DNA of 64,000 nt from Neocallimastix sp. 'constans' (GCA_050613775.1 JBODTK010000012.1:1426001-1490000), one strand, 5' to 3'. Shown: positions 44,728 to 59,465, counted from the stretch's first letter. The notes: a model not told the origin generated them from the letters alone. Numbers and translations: made by a program.

Positions 44728-46540
44728 TTGTTTTTATTACATATATAATGTTAAAAATTAAAAAATTTTTTATGTCTTAGCTATAAATAAATAAATAAAT
44801 AAATAAATATATAAATAAATATATAAATAAATAAATTTATATATAAATAAATAAATAAATAATAGAACTTAATCATAATATTATATCTGTATTAAAACAA
44901 AAAATGGGATTAATTATAAATAAATGGGAATACATAAAAAACAAAAACAAAACAAAAATTAAACAAAAACAAAAACAAAAACAAAAACAAAATTAAATTA
45001 AATTAAATTAAATTAAATAAAAAAAAAAAAACATTAAACAATAATAAATAAAGTTTAGTAGTTCCAATCTATAAAAATTAGATTGAATAATTTTTTTTTT
45101 ATTTACAATAAATAATTCTTAAATATTTATTATTGCTAATTTTAGTTTGTATATTATTATTTTTTTTTTTGATATATATGTATATTTTTTTTTTTATTAT
45201 TTTAATGAAAATCATTTAAATCATTTTATGTATTAAATTCAATTTTTTTTTTTTTAAAAAAAAAAATATAAATAAATAAATAAATAAATAAATAAAAAAC
45301 ATAACAACAAATAAACAAATAAATATATAAATAAATAAATATATAAATAAATAAATATATAAATATATAAATAAATAAATAAATAAAAAACATACCAACA
45401 AATAAATAAATATATAAATATATAAATAAATAAATAAAGAGAAAAAATAATTCATTTTTTATTATTATATATTATATTAACATTATATAGCAAATCTTAG
45501 TATTTTTTTTCTTATAAAAATTTCTATATAATTTAATAATAAAGTATTTATTAAAGATTTTTAAAGAATAGAATGAATAAAAATATATATTTAAAATATT
45601 TTTAAAGATTCTTTCTTTTTTCTTTCTTTTTTTCTTTTTTTTTTTTTTTTTATCTTTCTTTCATTATATATTTATGAATATATATTTAATTGAACCAAAT
45701 AATAATAATTATATTTAACATAACAAATCAAATGAATATGAATATTGTAATAAGTTATCATTATATTCAATTATTAATTTATTTGTATTTTAAAAAAGTT
45801 CACAAAGTATTACATATTTATGATAATAAATGATAAGTAATATGAAATGTAGCATTCTTATGTATGATATTATTTTTAATAAGTACAAATTAAATAGTAG
45901 GAACTCACAAGTTTTTTATATTTGTTTTATAATTTTATTTAGTTTTTTTTTTTTTTTTATTTTAGTTAGTAAATTAAATTATATATCCTTATGACTTTTA
46001 GTCCATAATTATTATCATACATTCACATAATAAATAATTATAAGAATTAATGATATTCTTAATTATAACACTGTTTGAGGTATCAATATAAATCATACCA
46101 ATACTTGTACCAAAATTTTTATTAAATTTAAGGTTAATATCGTTTCTATTAACATTAATATATATATATTTTTTTTCACAAAAATAATTATTTTATTGAT
46201 TTATGGATTATAAATTTTTATGATTTAATTATAAATGAAAACTATCCACACCTTATCAAAGTTTATTATAAAAAAAAAATTTAATTTATTATATAGTTCT
46301 TTAATATTTTAAACATTGTATATATTAATTAAAGTTATTTAATTAAATATTGAAATAATATAAATATTAATTAAAAATTTTTTTCTATTAATATCAGGAA
46401 GGATAAAAAAAATTTATTATTAATTAAAATTAAGATTTGAGTACAATATTATTCATTTTTTTTTTTTTATTTTTTTTTTTATTTTTTTTTTGTTGTTGCA
46501 TAATTCCTTACAAAAGTTGTTTCTAATTAATTTATAACTC

Positions 46541-46579
<39 letters not shown>

Positions 46580-47589
46580 TTATACAAAATATAAAATAAA
46601 TTAAATATATTAATTTTTTTTTTTTAAAAAAAAAAAATATAAAGTTATTAAATAAGTCAATAAATAAATAAATTAATAAACACAATATAATATTATATAT
46701 TATTAATCGTAAAAAAGAAAGCTTTAGTAAAACCAAAAAATAAAAAAAAATAAAAAAAATAATAAATAAATATTAATAATATCATAATAATAATATCTAA
46801 TTTTCTGCAATTATATCTAATTTTAATAAGATATAATTACAGAAGAAAAAAATTGGAAGGATGAAGAAGAAGAAAATAGAAATTTGGTGAGATCATTAAT
46901 AATAATTTATAATTAATATCAGAAAATTAAAACTTTTATATTTCAAAGTATTGTTATTTAAAATATTATTTAATTATGAATAAAGAAGTAATATTATTAA
47001 TTACTAATTATAATCAACACAATAAATGGAAATATTCATATGATGTACTTTTTTATATAAAATATTTTATTTTAAAAATGCTTATTCATATAGATATAGT
47101 ATGTATTTATATATTTATAGTTTTATCTTTTAAATTAATATCCAATTTGATGTTATATATAATAAATTTATGATTAAAAGATAAAGATTGATTTATATTT
47201 ACATTATTTTTATTTAACTTATTGTATTAATTTATATTTGTAAATTTATAGAATATTAAATTAAAACATTAAGAAAGTGTTTAAAAGTAAAGATTTAATA
47301 AAGAGGAGATAAAAAAAAAAATATACAATAATTTCTAAAATATTATAAATTGTTTTAATATTTTTAAATTAAATTGTTAATTTTTTTTTTAACAATTATC
47401 AAAATGTTTTAAATGTCTACCATGTATAAATAATAAATAATAAATCCACTATTACAAATCTTAAATAATAAGAAATAAATAATAAATCATTAATTAAAAA
47501 TCCAATATAATAAATAATAAGTAATTATATAATAAATATTAAATAATAAATGATTATATAATAAATAATAAATAATAAATAATAAGTAA

Positions 47590-47865
47590 TAAATAATAAA
47601 TAATAAATAATAAATAATAAATAATAAATAATAAATAATAAATAATAAATAATAAATAATAAATAATAAATAATAAATAGTAAATAATAAATAATAAATA
47701 GTAAATAATAAATAATAAATAATAAATAATAAATAATAAATAATAAATAATAAATAATAAATAATAAATAATAAATAATAAATAATAAATAATAAATAAT
47801 AAATAATAAATAATAAATAATAAATAATAAATAATAAATAATAAATAATAAATAATAAATAATAA
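47590..47865 (-). repeat. (TAAATAA)n 7-bp minisatellite
   Basis: Directly visible tandem array. It is the reverse complement of the (TTATTTA)n unit. Confidence 0.9.
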
Positions 47866-49638
47866 TTAATAATAAATAAAAAGTATTAAAAAGTTAATAA
47901 TATATATTCATCATATTTATTTTTATTATATAATTATAAGAGTAATATTGGAATAATATATTATTTAAAATACAAGATTATTGTATATAATTTTGTTAAT
48001 TAATTTAATATTCTTTTGTATAAATATATATATATATAAATAAACTTCTATATAAAGAAATAGAAGTTTATGCCATCATTTTTTATTATTAATTTTGGAA
48101 ATGAATGAATATAGAAATGAAAATTCAAAATATTTAAAATGTTCTTATTATTATAATAATTTATTTATTAATGCTAAAACGACATTTTTATATTAAAAGT
48201 AATTATGAGTTTATTAAGTTTATTAGTATTAAAAAAGTTTATTATTAAACTATATATACTAATAATCTTATTTTTATATTTTATTAGATAAAAATGTTTT
48301 TGTTTTCATCCATAAAATATGGATTTAATTTATAAAAAATTGGTGAAATAGAAATAATTTTTAGTATATTTAAATTAAATTTCTTTTAAATAATATATAA
48401 TATATAGTATATTATAATTAATTGATAATAAAAGAAATTTATAAAGGATATTAATTTAAATATTAAATTGATAATATATTAAAAAATGAAATAAAAATAA
48501 AAATAAAAAAAAAAAAAATAATAAATAAAATAAAGTTATACTTGATTTTCAATTAAAATTAAAAATATTTTAAATTTAGTAAGTTACACATTTTAGTGAT
48601 TATTCCATCATTAATCATTAATTATATATAAAATATAATATACTGTAATATACAGAAAAATGAATTATTTCTATTGATTTGTCATAATTTGTATCACAAT
48701 GGAACTTTTTAAATAGGAGCTCAAAAAAATTAAATGAATATTTGAAGAATTAAATATTAAATTATAAAAAAAACTGAATATTACACAAACTATATTAAAA
48801 TAAATATTCTATATAAAAGATGAAGAGTTTTATTTCTTTAATACAGATATTATTTTGTTGACTATTAATAATTGTTAATAGAATAATTAGAAATTAATAT
48901 AATAATAAAATGTAATGACAAGCAAAAAATATATATTAAAATATTATTAATTAAGTAGTAATAGTTAAGAGTACTAGCCTTCATTGAATTTTGGGTTTGA
49001 AGGAAAAGAAAAGGTTATAAAGGCTATAATATTATCTTCATCTTTCATATTAAATTTTAAATAATAAAAAGTTATTATTTGATATAATATATTATTTATA
49101 TAGTTAAATTTAATAATCTTTATAACCCCTTCTTATATTTATAATGTGAATAAAAAATTTTTTTTCATCATGACTAATTATGACCAGAAAAAATAGAGTA
49201 ATAGATGGTTTGATAATAGTAAAAATGATTTACCATACTTTTTTTTTTATTAATTCTATATATCAATTTAACTTTCTTATATATTTTATTTTTATATAAA
49301 GAAATTCTTTAGTATATTGGAATATAATATAGTATAATATAATATAAGTTTGTTTAAATTAATATCTTGGAAATAAGAAAAAAAAAACTTGATTTGAAAT
49401 ATAATAAACATATAAATAAAAAAACATATAAATATATATATACATTTATAATATTTTTTCTATTTTAATTTAAATAAACTTTTTTTATTTATTTAATTTT
49501 ATTTTTTATTTTATTAAATTCCATATTAAAAATATATATTAAATAATTATTCAATATTAATTAAAGTATAAAATATATTATAAACTTTGATATTAATATT
49601 TTATGAAATTTTCATATATAAATATAATGAAAATTTTC

Positions 49639-49675
<37 letters not shown>

Positions 49676-51238
49676 TTTTTAAAGTTTAATTATAATAAAA
49701 TTTATTTTATAATTTTAATTTTTTTTTTCTACTTTTTTGTTCTATATTAAAACTTTTGGTTTTTACCTTCTATAATATTTAGTAGGAATTATAATTTAAC
49801 AATATATAGATAATAGAGAAATACAATATAAATTAGTAGCAATAACAAACTAAATAAAAGTATAGAAAATAAAAAAGATTGATATAGATAAATAACAGTA
49901 TTACATGAAATTATAAATTAAATAATCGTCTTAATTATTTGAATATTATTTTAATAAAAAATTATAATATCAATTAAACAATTATTTATTACGAATTCTA
50001 AAACATTAATACTTATTTAATAAAAATATCTTTTTTTAGAATTTATATTATTAATAAAATAGATATATTAATAAAATATATTATTCATAGTAATACCAGT
50101 TATACCATAGAATTATACCATAGAGATTTAAAAGGAATACTACTTAATTTCTATTTGATATAGTAAATGTAAATATATAAATTTTTAATTTTATATTATA
50201 CAAAAGTAGATATTTATATTCAGTCTTAAATAATTTTCAAAATTTTTAGTTTCATTTTGTTTTAATTTTTATTTATTAAATAATGAACATTTTATAGTTT
50301 TTCAAAAAAATATAATATATTTTTGTGCAATAAATATAAATATACCACTATAAAAAAGTTTTAACTCTTTTTTTTTTTTCCATTTTAAATTATTAAATTC
50401 TTTTATTATTATATTTAATTTTATTTTATTTTTAATATATAAAAATTATTTAAATTTTAATAGAATAGACAACTTTTAAATATTAATATTAATATATATA
50501 TATATAATAAAAATGATAAGAATTTATATTTAATTAAATATTCAATGAATAATCAATTTTTGTTTAATATGAGATAGCATTTAGTTTACTTTTTAAATAA
50601 ATTTGGAAATACTACTAATAATAATAATAATAGAATTGTCTTCATAATTTAATAAAAATCTTAATATATTAAATTATTAGTTAATAGATATAAGATTTTA
50701 AATATAAAATAATTTATTATATTATATTATGTTTTTAGTTATAAATTAATAAACATTACAATAGTTTTTTCAGTAATAAATGAAAAGAATATTTTAGAAA
50801 ATAATTTTAAAGTTTTTTTTTTATTAATTAGTAATTTTATTCTAAAAATTTATTAATAATAATTGTATAATAAAAGTTTATTGCTTAAACAAATTTATAT
50901 AATATAAAAAATTTATATTTTTATTTCTTTATTTACTATATATTTAATTTCAGTGACCGAAACTGAAAAACTAACTTTTTTTTTTTCTTAATATATAGTA
51001 AAATAGCGGTGTTAATTATTTAAATTTATTAGCCAGTTTATTAGCCAGTCTAATCAAAATTACAAAAGATTTAAATAAGGAAAGAGAATAAAACAAAACA
51101 AAAACAAAAACAAAAAAATATTTAAAATAAGACGAAATAATTTAATAATTAAAAAATCTATAAAATACTATTTATTCTATAGGATGTTCCTATATTTTAT
51201 ATAGCTTTTTATATATCTTATAATATTTCTTTTTCTTT

Positions 51239-51273
<35 letters not shown>

Positions 51274-51306
51274 AAATAAAAAATTCTTAAAAGAAATAAT
51301 TTAACT

Positions 51307-51348
<42 letters not shown>

Positions 51349-51805
51349 AAAATAAAATAAAATAAAAAAAAAATTAAAAAAAAAGAAAAAGTGAAAAAAA
51401 TTACCTTTTTTTTTGGAAAGTAAGGAGTTTAAAATAATAAGGTACATATAGCATAATAAAAAATAAAATTTCAATTTTATAATATTTATTAATTATTAAA
51501 ACTAATAATATTACAACTTAGATTATTTTAATATATATTCGTTTAAATTATATAATAAATATTATTTTTATAATTTCATTTTTTTATTTAAAAGATAAAA
51601 ACAAACAAAACATACAAAAAAAAAAAAAAAAGAAACGTTAAACAAAAACAAAATTTTCGGAAAATCTTTATTTGCTTTTATTTAATTGTATGGCTTTTAT
51701 TCAATTTTTATATCGAAATTAAAATTAATTAAAAGAAAAAAATTTTTATTTAAGAAGTAATTATTTAAATATATAATCTAATAATACCTAATTCTTATTA
51801 TAAAA

Positions 51806-54800
51806 ATGATGGAACAAAATATATCAACTGTCGAGGTTTATTCATTATTAAAGTAAGTTTTATTTGATTAAAAATTTAATCTTTATTTATATATATATAT
51901 TATAAGTAATATAGGAAATTGTAAAAATTTTTAATATATAGTGTTTTTAAATATTTAATATATTAATATCTAAACATTTTATTAAATTTAGAATTTGTAC
52001 CAAAATTAAAAACAAATTTTACTATATTTCAAGAAATATTACAATAAATAAATGTCAAGTGAATCGTTTAATTGAACGTATTGAGCGTTTCATGCAAATA
52101 TTGGACAAAAAATTAAGTGGTAAATCTCAACTCACTTTTGGAACTTTAAATAAAATAAAACAATTAAAGGACTTATTTCTTAGAATTGGTGGACATTTAA
52201 ATAGTTATTTACGTTATGGTTATCTACGACGTTTATTACATCCATTAGAACAAGAAAGAGAATTTATTTTTTATACCGATCAGTTATGCTCAATTGCACA
52301 ATTTTTTGGTTTTTATTTAATCGATGGTAAAAAAAGATTACTTGAGGATGAAGAGGATCAATTAATTGATTTTGCTGAATTTACACAATTATTAGAGTCT
52401 GTTCAGGATAACGATGCTAAACTTTTAAGTTTTTTAGGTTTAGATGTTGATCCTACAGCATTACCAGATGTTATTAATGCTTTAGAAAATGCTATTCAAA
52501 TGAATGGTGTGTCCTCCAATAAAATTGTCACTATTGACTTGAATAATGAACATCTTCTTTCTAATACTCGTGTTTTGACTTTCATTAATAATCAACTTAC
52601 TCAGATTAATCGTTATCTTATTAATAATGGTCATAATCCACCAGCTCCTTACAATGATACTACCTCTTCCTATACAAAGATTAATTATGATTATTTAAAA
52701 CCAATAATACCTTCAGATATAAATGATAGTAATCCATCTAAAGATTCCTTGAAGAATTCCTTGACTCAATCTTATGTTAATAATAAAGATAACTCAAAAA
52801 GTAAAAATATATCTGAATTTTTAGGTATGAATGAAAAAGATGATAAACATGACCATTCTCATGGTCGCAGTCGCAGTCATAGTCGAAGTCATAGTCGAAG
52901 TCATAGTCGTACCCGTAGTCTCACTCATAGTATTGGCCGTAGCATAAGTCGTAGCCTAAGTCGTAGTCGTAAAAGTTCAAATAGTCAACATAGTCAACAT
53001 AGCCATCATAGTCATCATAGTCATCAAAGCCAAAATAGAAGTCAAAATCAAAGTCAAAATCAAAGTCAGAATCAAAGTCAAAATCAAAGTCAAAATCAAA
53101 GTCAGAATCAAAGTCAAAATCAAAGTCAAAATCAAAGTCAGAATCAAAGTCAGAATCAAAGTCAGAATCAAAGTCAAAATCATAGTAGAAATCGTAGTCG
53201 TAATAGAAGTCGAAATCGTAGTTATATTGATGGTGAAGATTTAGATTTTTATACTGAAACTGATCTTCAACGTCAAGAACGTCAAATGAGGGAAGCTCTT
53301 ACTGAAGTTTATAATAATGGTAGCGTTAATGGTAATGGTAATGGTAATTTAATGACCTCTTCAAAGGCCTTAAAAGGTCGTAATAGAAACAATCCATTAC
53401 AAATAAATACAAATGTTACAAAAGCAATTGGAAAGTCTAGTCCTAGTCCTATTCCATTCTCAATGACAAGAATAACTAAAAATACAGAAGACATACCGAT
53501 TAATTTAAATATTCTAGAATTTGAGGATTCTGATGATAGTGATGAGGAAAGAGGTAGAAAAAGACAAAACTATTCTAAAAGTAAAGGTTTATTAACACCA
53601 ACAGGTTCCACACCAACTACTCCTAAATCTGCTCCAATGTTTTTTGATAATTCTTATCTACCTCGTACAGAAATTCAAGCCTCTAAGTTAGAAAATAATT
53701 GTCTTATTATTGATACTCAACTTCAGTTGAAGAAGGTATATTATGAATTAATTCGTATTGTTGGTGATAAAGTTGGATTGTATGTTAAACAAGCTTGGAA
53801 GATTCCTTTTTGGGATATGGAACTTTGGGATATTATTGAGTCTACTCTTATTTCTAAGGTTTATCGTGGTTTGTGGCACTTTACTGAAGTTGCAGTAAAA
53901 GAAATTGATATACCATTGGAAACCCCTGAACTTCAACATCAATTCCAAAGCTATGTTGAGAATTGGTATAGTCTTCGTCATCCACATATTATTCCATTAT
54001 TAGGGGCAAGTCAGACTCATAATATTCCTTATGTGGTTATGCCTTTCCTTACTAAAGGAAATTTGGTTCAATACTTAGAAAATGATTTAGACATTGCTCA
54101 CCTTATTGGCATTCTTTTAGATATTAGTTCCGGTATGCAATATTTACATTCACGTCAAATAATTCATGGTGAATTAATGGCAAGTAATATTTTAATTGAT
54201 AATTATGGTGAACCAAGTATTTGTGATTTAGGGTTTTCAAAATACTTTTTCTTTACCTCTAAACCAGCGTCAGTTAAGAATTCAAGTGAAGATAGTCATT
54301 CCACATTAGTTAGGACAAGTAATTCTTACATTAATCGTAAGATTAATCGTTATGTCCGATGGATGGCAAATGAAATTCAGGATAATAATATTTGTACTTT
54401 TGCTTCTGATGTTTACAGTTTTGGTATGCTTTGTTATGAAATCTTTTCTGGTGGAGATGTTCCTTTCTCGGATGTTCCAGAAAAAATTATTCCTGCAGCT
54501 GTAAAATCTGGTAAACGTCCTTCTCGTCCTTCTCGTTGTCCTGATGAAATTTGGTCATTAATGCAAGAATGTTGGGATGATAATCCAGATAAACGTCCTT
54601 CGTTTTATGAAATTTCACAAAATCTCATGCAAATTAAAACTCACTATAAGATTATTTATTCTAATTCTAATCCTGAAAGGCTATTACCAAATAATATTCA
54701 AATTTATGGTCATGCTCCTACCATACTTTCTACCTCTCCAAATACTAGTATCACTATAAATAAAAATAATGTTCCATGGTTAGCTTCTCCTGCTCATTCT

Positions 54801-54818
54801 GCTTCTAATGTTAATTTA

Positions 54819-54887
<69 letters not shown>

Positions 54888-55367
54888 TCAAATCGTAGTC
54901 CTTATCATAGTTTAGGTCGAAATCAAGGAAAAGGAAAAAACTCTCCATATAATGATACCTCTATGGATTCTAATTTAGGTATACCTTCTAATGCTATAGA
55001 AAACTATAGTCAAGGACCAATATATTCCCATCATTATTTAGGTTCAAGTTCTGTTAATTATAATAAATCTTCAAATATTTCCAATACTTATAAGAATCTT
55101 CAAGTTAATAATAATAATAATTTAAATTCTCGTAATGGTAACAGTCCAAAGAAAAGTGATAATAGTATTGGTAAAAGTCCAAGGAATTCATCAAATCATA
55201 CCTCTTTCCAAGATAATATGAATTTGAAATACCCAATAAATGGCGGAATTAATAGTCAAAAAATTTCACCATATATGAAGGCTGCCCTTATGAATAGTTC
55301 TTTACTTCCAAGTGGTAGTATTGAAAATGATAATATTAGTAATGATAGTAATGATAATGGTAATAGT

Positions 55368-55418
<51 letters not shown>

Positions 55419-58400
55419 AATAATAATAATAATAATAAAAATAAAAATAAAAATAAAAATAGTAATAGTAATAATAAGGATAATAAGGATAGTAATAGTA
55501 GTAATAATATTAGTAATATAAACAATTTACCTATTATCAATTTAAATTTAAATAATAAAAATGGTTCTCACTTCAATTACCTTCAACAATTGATGAATGA
55601 TGAAGAAAATAGTAATATTAATCGTTTTAAGAAATCTCGTCTTACTAATATACCATTAAGTCCTTCAACTACAACTGATTCTGATGATGTTAACGATACA
55701 TTAACTCGTCTTCATTCATCTGCTATCATGAATGAGATGACTGCTCAGGAAGAAAAATATGATCATGGTAATAGTAATCTTTCATTAAGTAGTTTATCAA
55801 ATCTTAATGCTAATACCAATAGGTATTATCATAATAATACTGGTAGTATTAATTATAACAATGGTAAGACAAATCTTAGTTCTAATTTAAGCAATAGTAT
55901 AAGTAATAGTGATGAAAAAGTAAATTCACCTATAGAGATTCATAAGGATTCTTTTGATAATAAACAAGTTCCCTATTCAGAAAATGAAAATGAAGATGAA
56001 CCTGTTACTTTTAAGATTAGTCATCGAAAAAGTGATAATACTTCTCAATATGCAAAAAGGGTTGAAGTAGAGGATGTTGAACAATATATTAAAAAATATT
56101 TAATTAAAAAGGATAACATACCTGTTGATTTAGATTTAAATAATGAACAGTTTATTCAACAAATAGAAAATTTAGATATGTCTGATAGCTTTTTAAATAA
56201 ACATAATGCAGAAAATCAACAATCTAAAGTGTACATTGATCAGGTTTTAAGAAAAGTTTCAACTATTAAAAAAGAATATGAAAATCCAACTTCTTCTACA
56301 AATTCTTCTTCTTCCTCTTCTTCTACTCTTTCCCCCATAAAGCATATTTCATTACCAGTAACGACTTCGGAACTAAGACAAACTCTGGATCAAGGTCAAG
56401 ATGAAATTAGCTCTGGTGAAATTCAATATGATAGTAGTTTTATATCAAATATCAATCAACTAAAGAAATCAAGTTCAAATATTAATAAAAGAAATACAGT
56501 TTCTTCTTCTAGTACTTCTTCATCAATGGTCGATTCTTCAATTTTATTACAAGGTCAAGGATTAAATCAAAATAAAGTATCAAGTAATCTAACCTCAATT
56601 TCAACTTCTAGCCAAAATTTAGAACCAGTTCGATCTTCTGTTGGAGGTAAGACACCTCGAATTGAAGCGCTTTCTCAGCTTTCTTTGAAACTAAAACATG
56701 CTTCTTACCAGTTATTAATGGAAGCTCAGAAAGAAATGAAGGATTATTATGATAAGGATGAAATTGAAGAAGTTGTTATCGAAGAAGTTGATGATGATGA
56801 TCACTATCCTTCTAATGACATCACAACAACAACAACAACAACAACAACTAATAAAAATATATCATCTTCAACTCATTATAAAAATAATGAAACCTCAAAA
56901 ATGCAGCAAGCGATATCAAATGATAGTACTAGTGATATGACGACAACATTTTTGGGAATATCTTCAAGCACTAAATCAACTGATAATAAAAAGAGTAAAT
57001 CTTTAGGTATATCTAAAACTCCAAGTCCAAAGATAATTTATAATAGTAATTCCTCAAATAATCCATTTAATATAAATTCAGGTGGTATAAAATCAATTAT
57101 GAAGCATCAGCGATCTAAATCTCAAAATTACATCAGTACCTCTTCTGAAGATATCAAAAGTATTTTGAAACCTGGTCGCCAATATACTAATAAATTTAAT
57201 AGTCAGCGTCAAAATGTTTCCTCATCTTCAAATTCTGTTTTAAGTACAACCAATTTATCTATAAATAAAGAGACACCTTATAACAGACCACCTCTATCTA
57301 TAAAATCAAATAAAATGAATACATCAGATGCTATCAGTAAAACAATGATCTCTTCAATATTTCCTACATCATCTAATACTAATACCAATACTAATATCAA
57401 TACCAATACCAATATCAATACTCCATTTAACAATCAAACCAATAAACCAGAGGAAGATAGTCAAATGATAACTAGTACCACTAAAATTGTTGGTATTCTT
57501 AAGACAGGTAATAGTGTCCCTCATAATGATTTGGATTATTTGAATAGTAATGATGATCAATCTAAATCTGCTTTAAGTACATCTATTCTTGAAAAGTCAC
57601 ATCATCCATCAGCTACTAGCAATTCAAATACAGTAAGATTTGCTCTTGATGAAGATTCTTCTAAGGAAACTATTGAAGAATTGGATATAAAAGGAATGAA
57701 TTTAAATGATTTAGATCAGATTGCCAATTTAATCATTAGTGAAGAAGGTGATATCAAATTTGAAACGAATCAACAAATCCTTTTCCATAAAATGAGATAT
57801 GAGGAATTGATAAATGAACTTCGTTATCGTATTGGTGATAATCAAGTAAATGAATGCATTAAGGAAGATTCCATCGAACTCAATACTTATAGTTGGAGTG
57901 ATATAAGCTTAAAACGTACCTCAATACGTATTTTAATTGGTATTATTAAGCATACGTTTGTCAAGAGTGTTATTTTAAAGGATTGCCGTTTCTCAGATTT
58001 AGCTGCTAAATGTATAGCTATGGCTGTTAAAAATAATCCATATATTAAACGTTTAGATATTACCTTTTGTTCTAAATGGGCTCGTACACAAACTGATCCT
58101 ATTTCCAATATTTTAAACTATGATTCCGCTCGTTATGATTCTGCTTGGGTATTAAGTAAATTAGTTGGTCCAAAATCAGCTTCTGCTTTTGCTAATATGC
58201 TTCAAGTAAATTCATCATTAAAGATATTACAATTACGTAATGCTTCCTTTGGTGATACTGGTGTAGCTTTAATTGCTAAAGCTCTTCAAAGTAATTATGT
58301 ATTAGAAATGTTAGAAATTGATAATTGTTGTACTGCGGAATATGGTAGTCATGCTCTAGCTGAAGCTCTTAAAATAAATACTTCATTACAAGTTTTAAAT

Positions 58401-58820
58401 CTTTCTCAAAATCCTTTAAGTGATAAAGGTGGTATTGCAATTATCGAAGCACTTCAAGAGAATCATTCATTGAAAAGTCTTATTCTTCATCGTTGTGCCC
58501 TCTCTTCCAGTAAATTTTGTGAGAGTTTAAGTAGAACATTAATAGCTAATGATTCTTTATTAGAAATTGATTTAGGTAGTAATTCATTCTCAAAGGATGG
58601 TATTAAATATATTGCTGAAGGTCTTTCATATAATCAAACCTTAGAAATATTAAAATTGGAGGATTGTAATTTAACAAAAAAATATGTCAGTATTTTATCA
58701 AAAGCATTGGATAGTGAAAATAATAAGACAGAGTTACATTTAGGTTCCGTATTAAAATTTTGGGATAAAAAAGAATTATTTAATAAACGTATATTATTCC
58801 ATAAAGAACAATTTGCTTAA
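51806..58820 (+). CDS. ~2291-aa protein: MLKL-like N-terminal helical bundle + TKL-like pseudokinase + long low-complexity linker + C-terminal RNI-like leucine-rich repeats
   Basis: Exon 1 (51806-51852, donor AA|GTAAGT) splices in phase to exon 2 (51992-58820). The N-terminus has ICTKIK..INKCQVNRLIERIE..LKDLFLRI..YLRRLL..FIFYTDQL. Kinase fold at ~53796-54630 (VAVK, LRHPHIIPLLG, HGELMASNIL, CDLG, RWMANE, SDVYSFG, CWDDNPDKRPSF). ~28-aa LRRs at ~57870-58780 (LANDSLLEIDLGSN-type, NTSLQVLNLSQNPLSDKGGIAIIEAL). Confidence 0.9.
53025..53180 (+). repeat. Coding 12-bp tandem repeat, 13 units, encoding (QSQN)n
   Basis: CAAAGTCA(A/G)AAT units in frame within the MLKL-like gene. One unit reads RSQN. Confidence 0.95.
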
Positions 58821-58904
58821 AAAAAAAAAATATAAAATAAGATAAAAAAAAAAAAAAAATAGTAATAATAATAATAATTATAATAAATAAATAATAACCA
58901 TAAA

Positions 58905-58939
<35 letters not shown>

Positions 58940-59434
58940 TAAAAATATAATTTAAACCCATTATAATAATAATAATAATAAATATTAATATTATTATTAT
59001 TATAAAAATAATTAATAGTTATATATATATATATTTATATTAATCAAGCATAATATATTGCGATTATTTAATATTATATACCAAAAAATAAAAAGAATGC
59101 AATTATATAAATTATATAAAATTAATATTTATATTATTTAATATAAATTTTATTTTAATTTTATATCAATCACACACATAAAAAGAATTATTAATATAAA
59201 TATTAAAAAAATAATTTTTTTAGTTAATATAAATATATATACATATACATAATATTAATTGCTAAAATCAAATAAATAACATTAAAACAAAAGCGAAAAA
59301 GAATAACTAAACAAAAACATTTAAAAAGAAGAAAAAAAAAAAAGAAAGAAAAAAAAAAAAGAACGAATTATATAATATTTAAATTATTTATAATATATTT
59401 TCAATATATTTTCATAGAATACATAGAAGAGTAG

Positions 59435-59465
<31 letters not shown>

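Noticed and set aside
44290..51000. Short F/I/Y/L-rich ORFs in the long intergenic region (also 330-533, 3686-3919, 8922-9119, 12478-12699)
   Set aside because: Composition artefacts of poly-T/AT tracts with no splice-consistent coding signal.
54700..57800. NACHT/NB-ARC domain between kinase and LRR (classical NLR)
   Set aside because: No Walker A/B motif within a folded-looking region. The linker is low-complexity.
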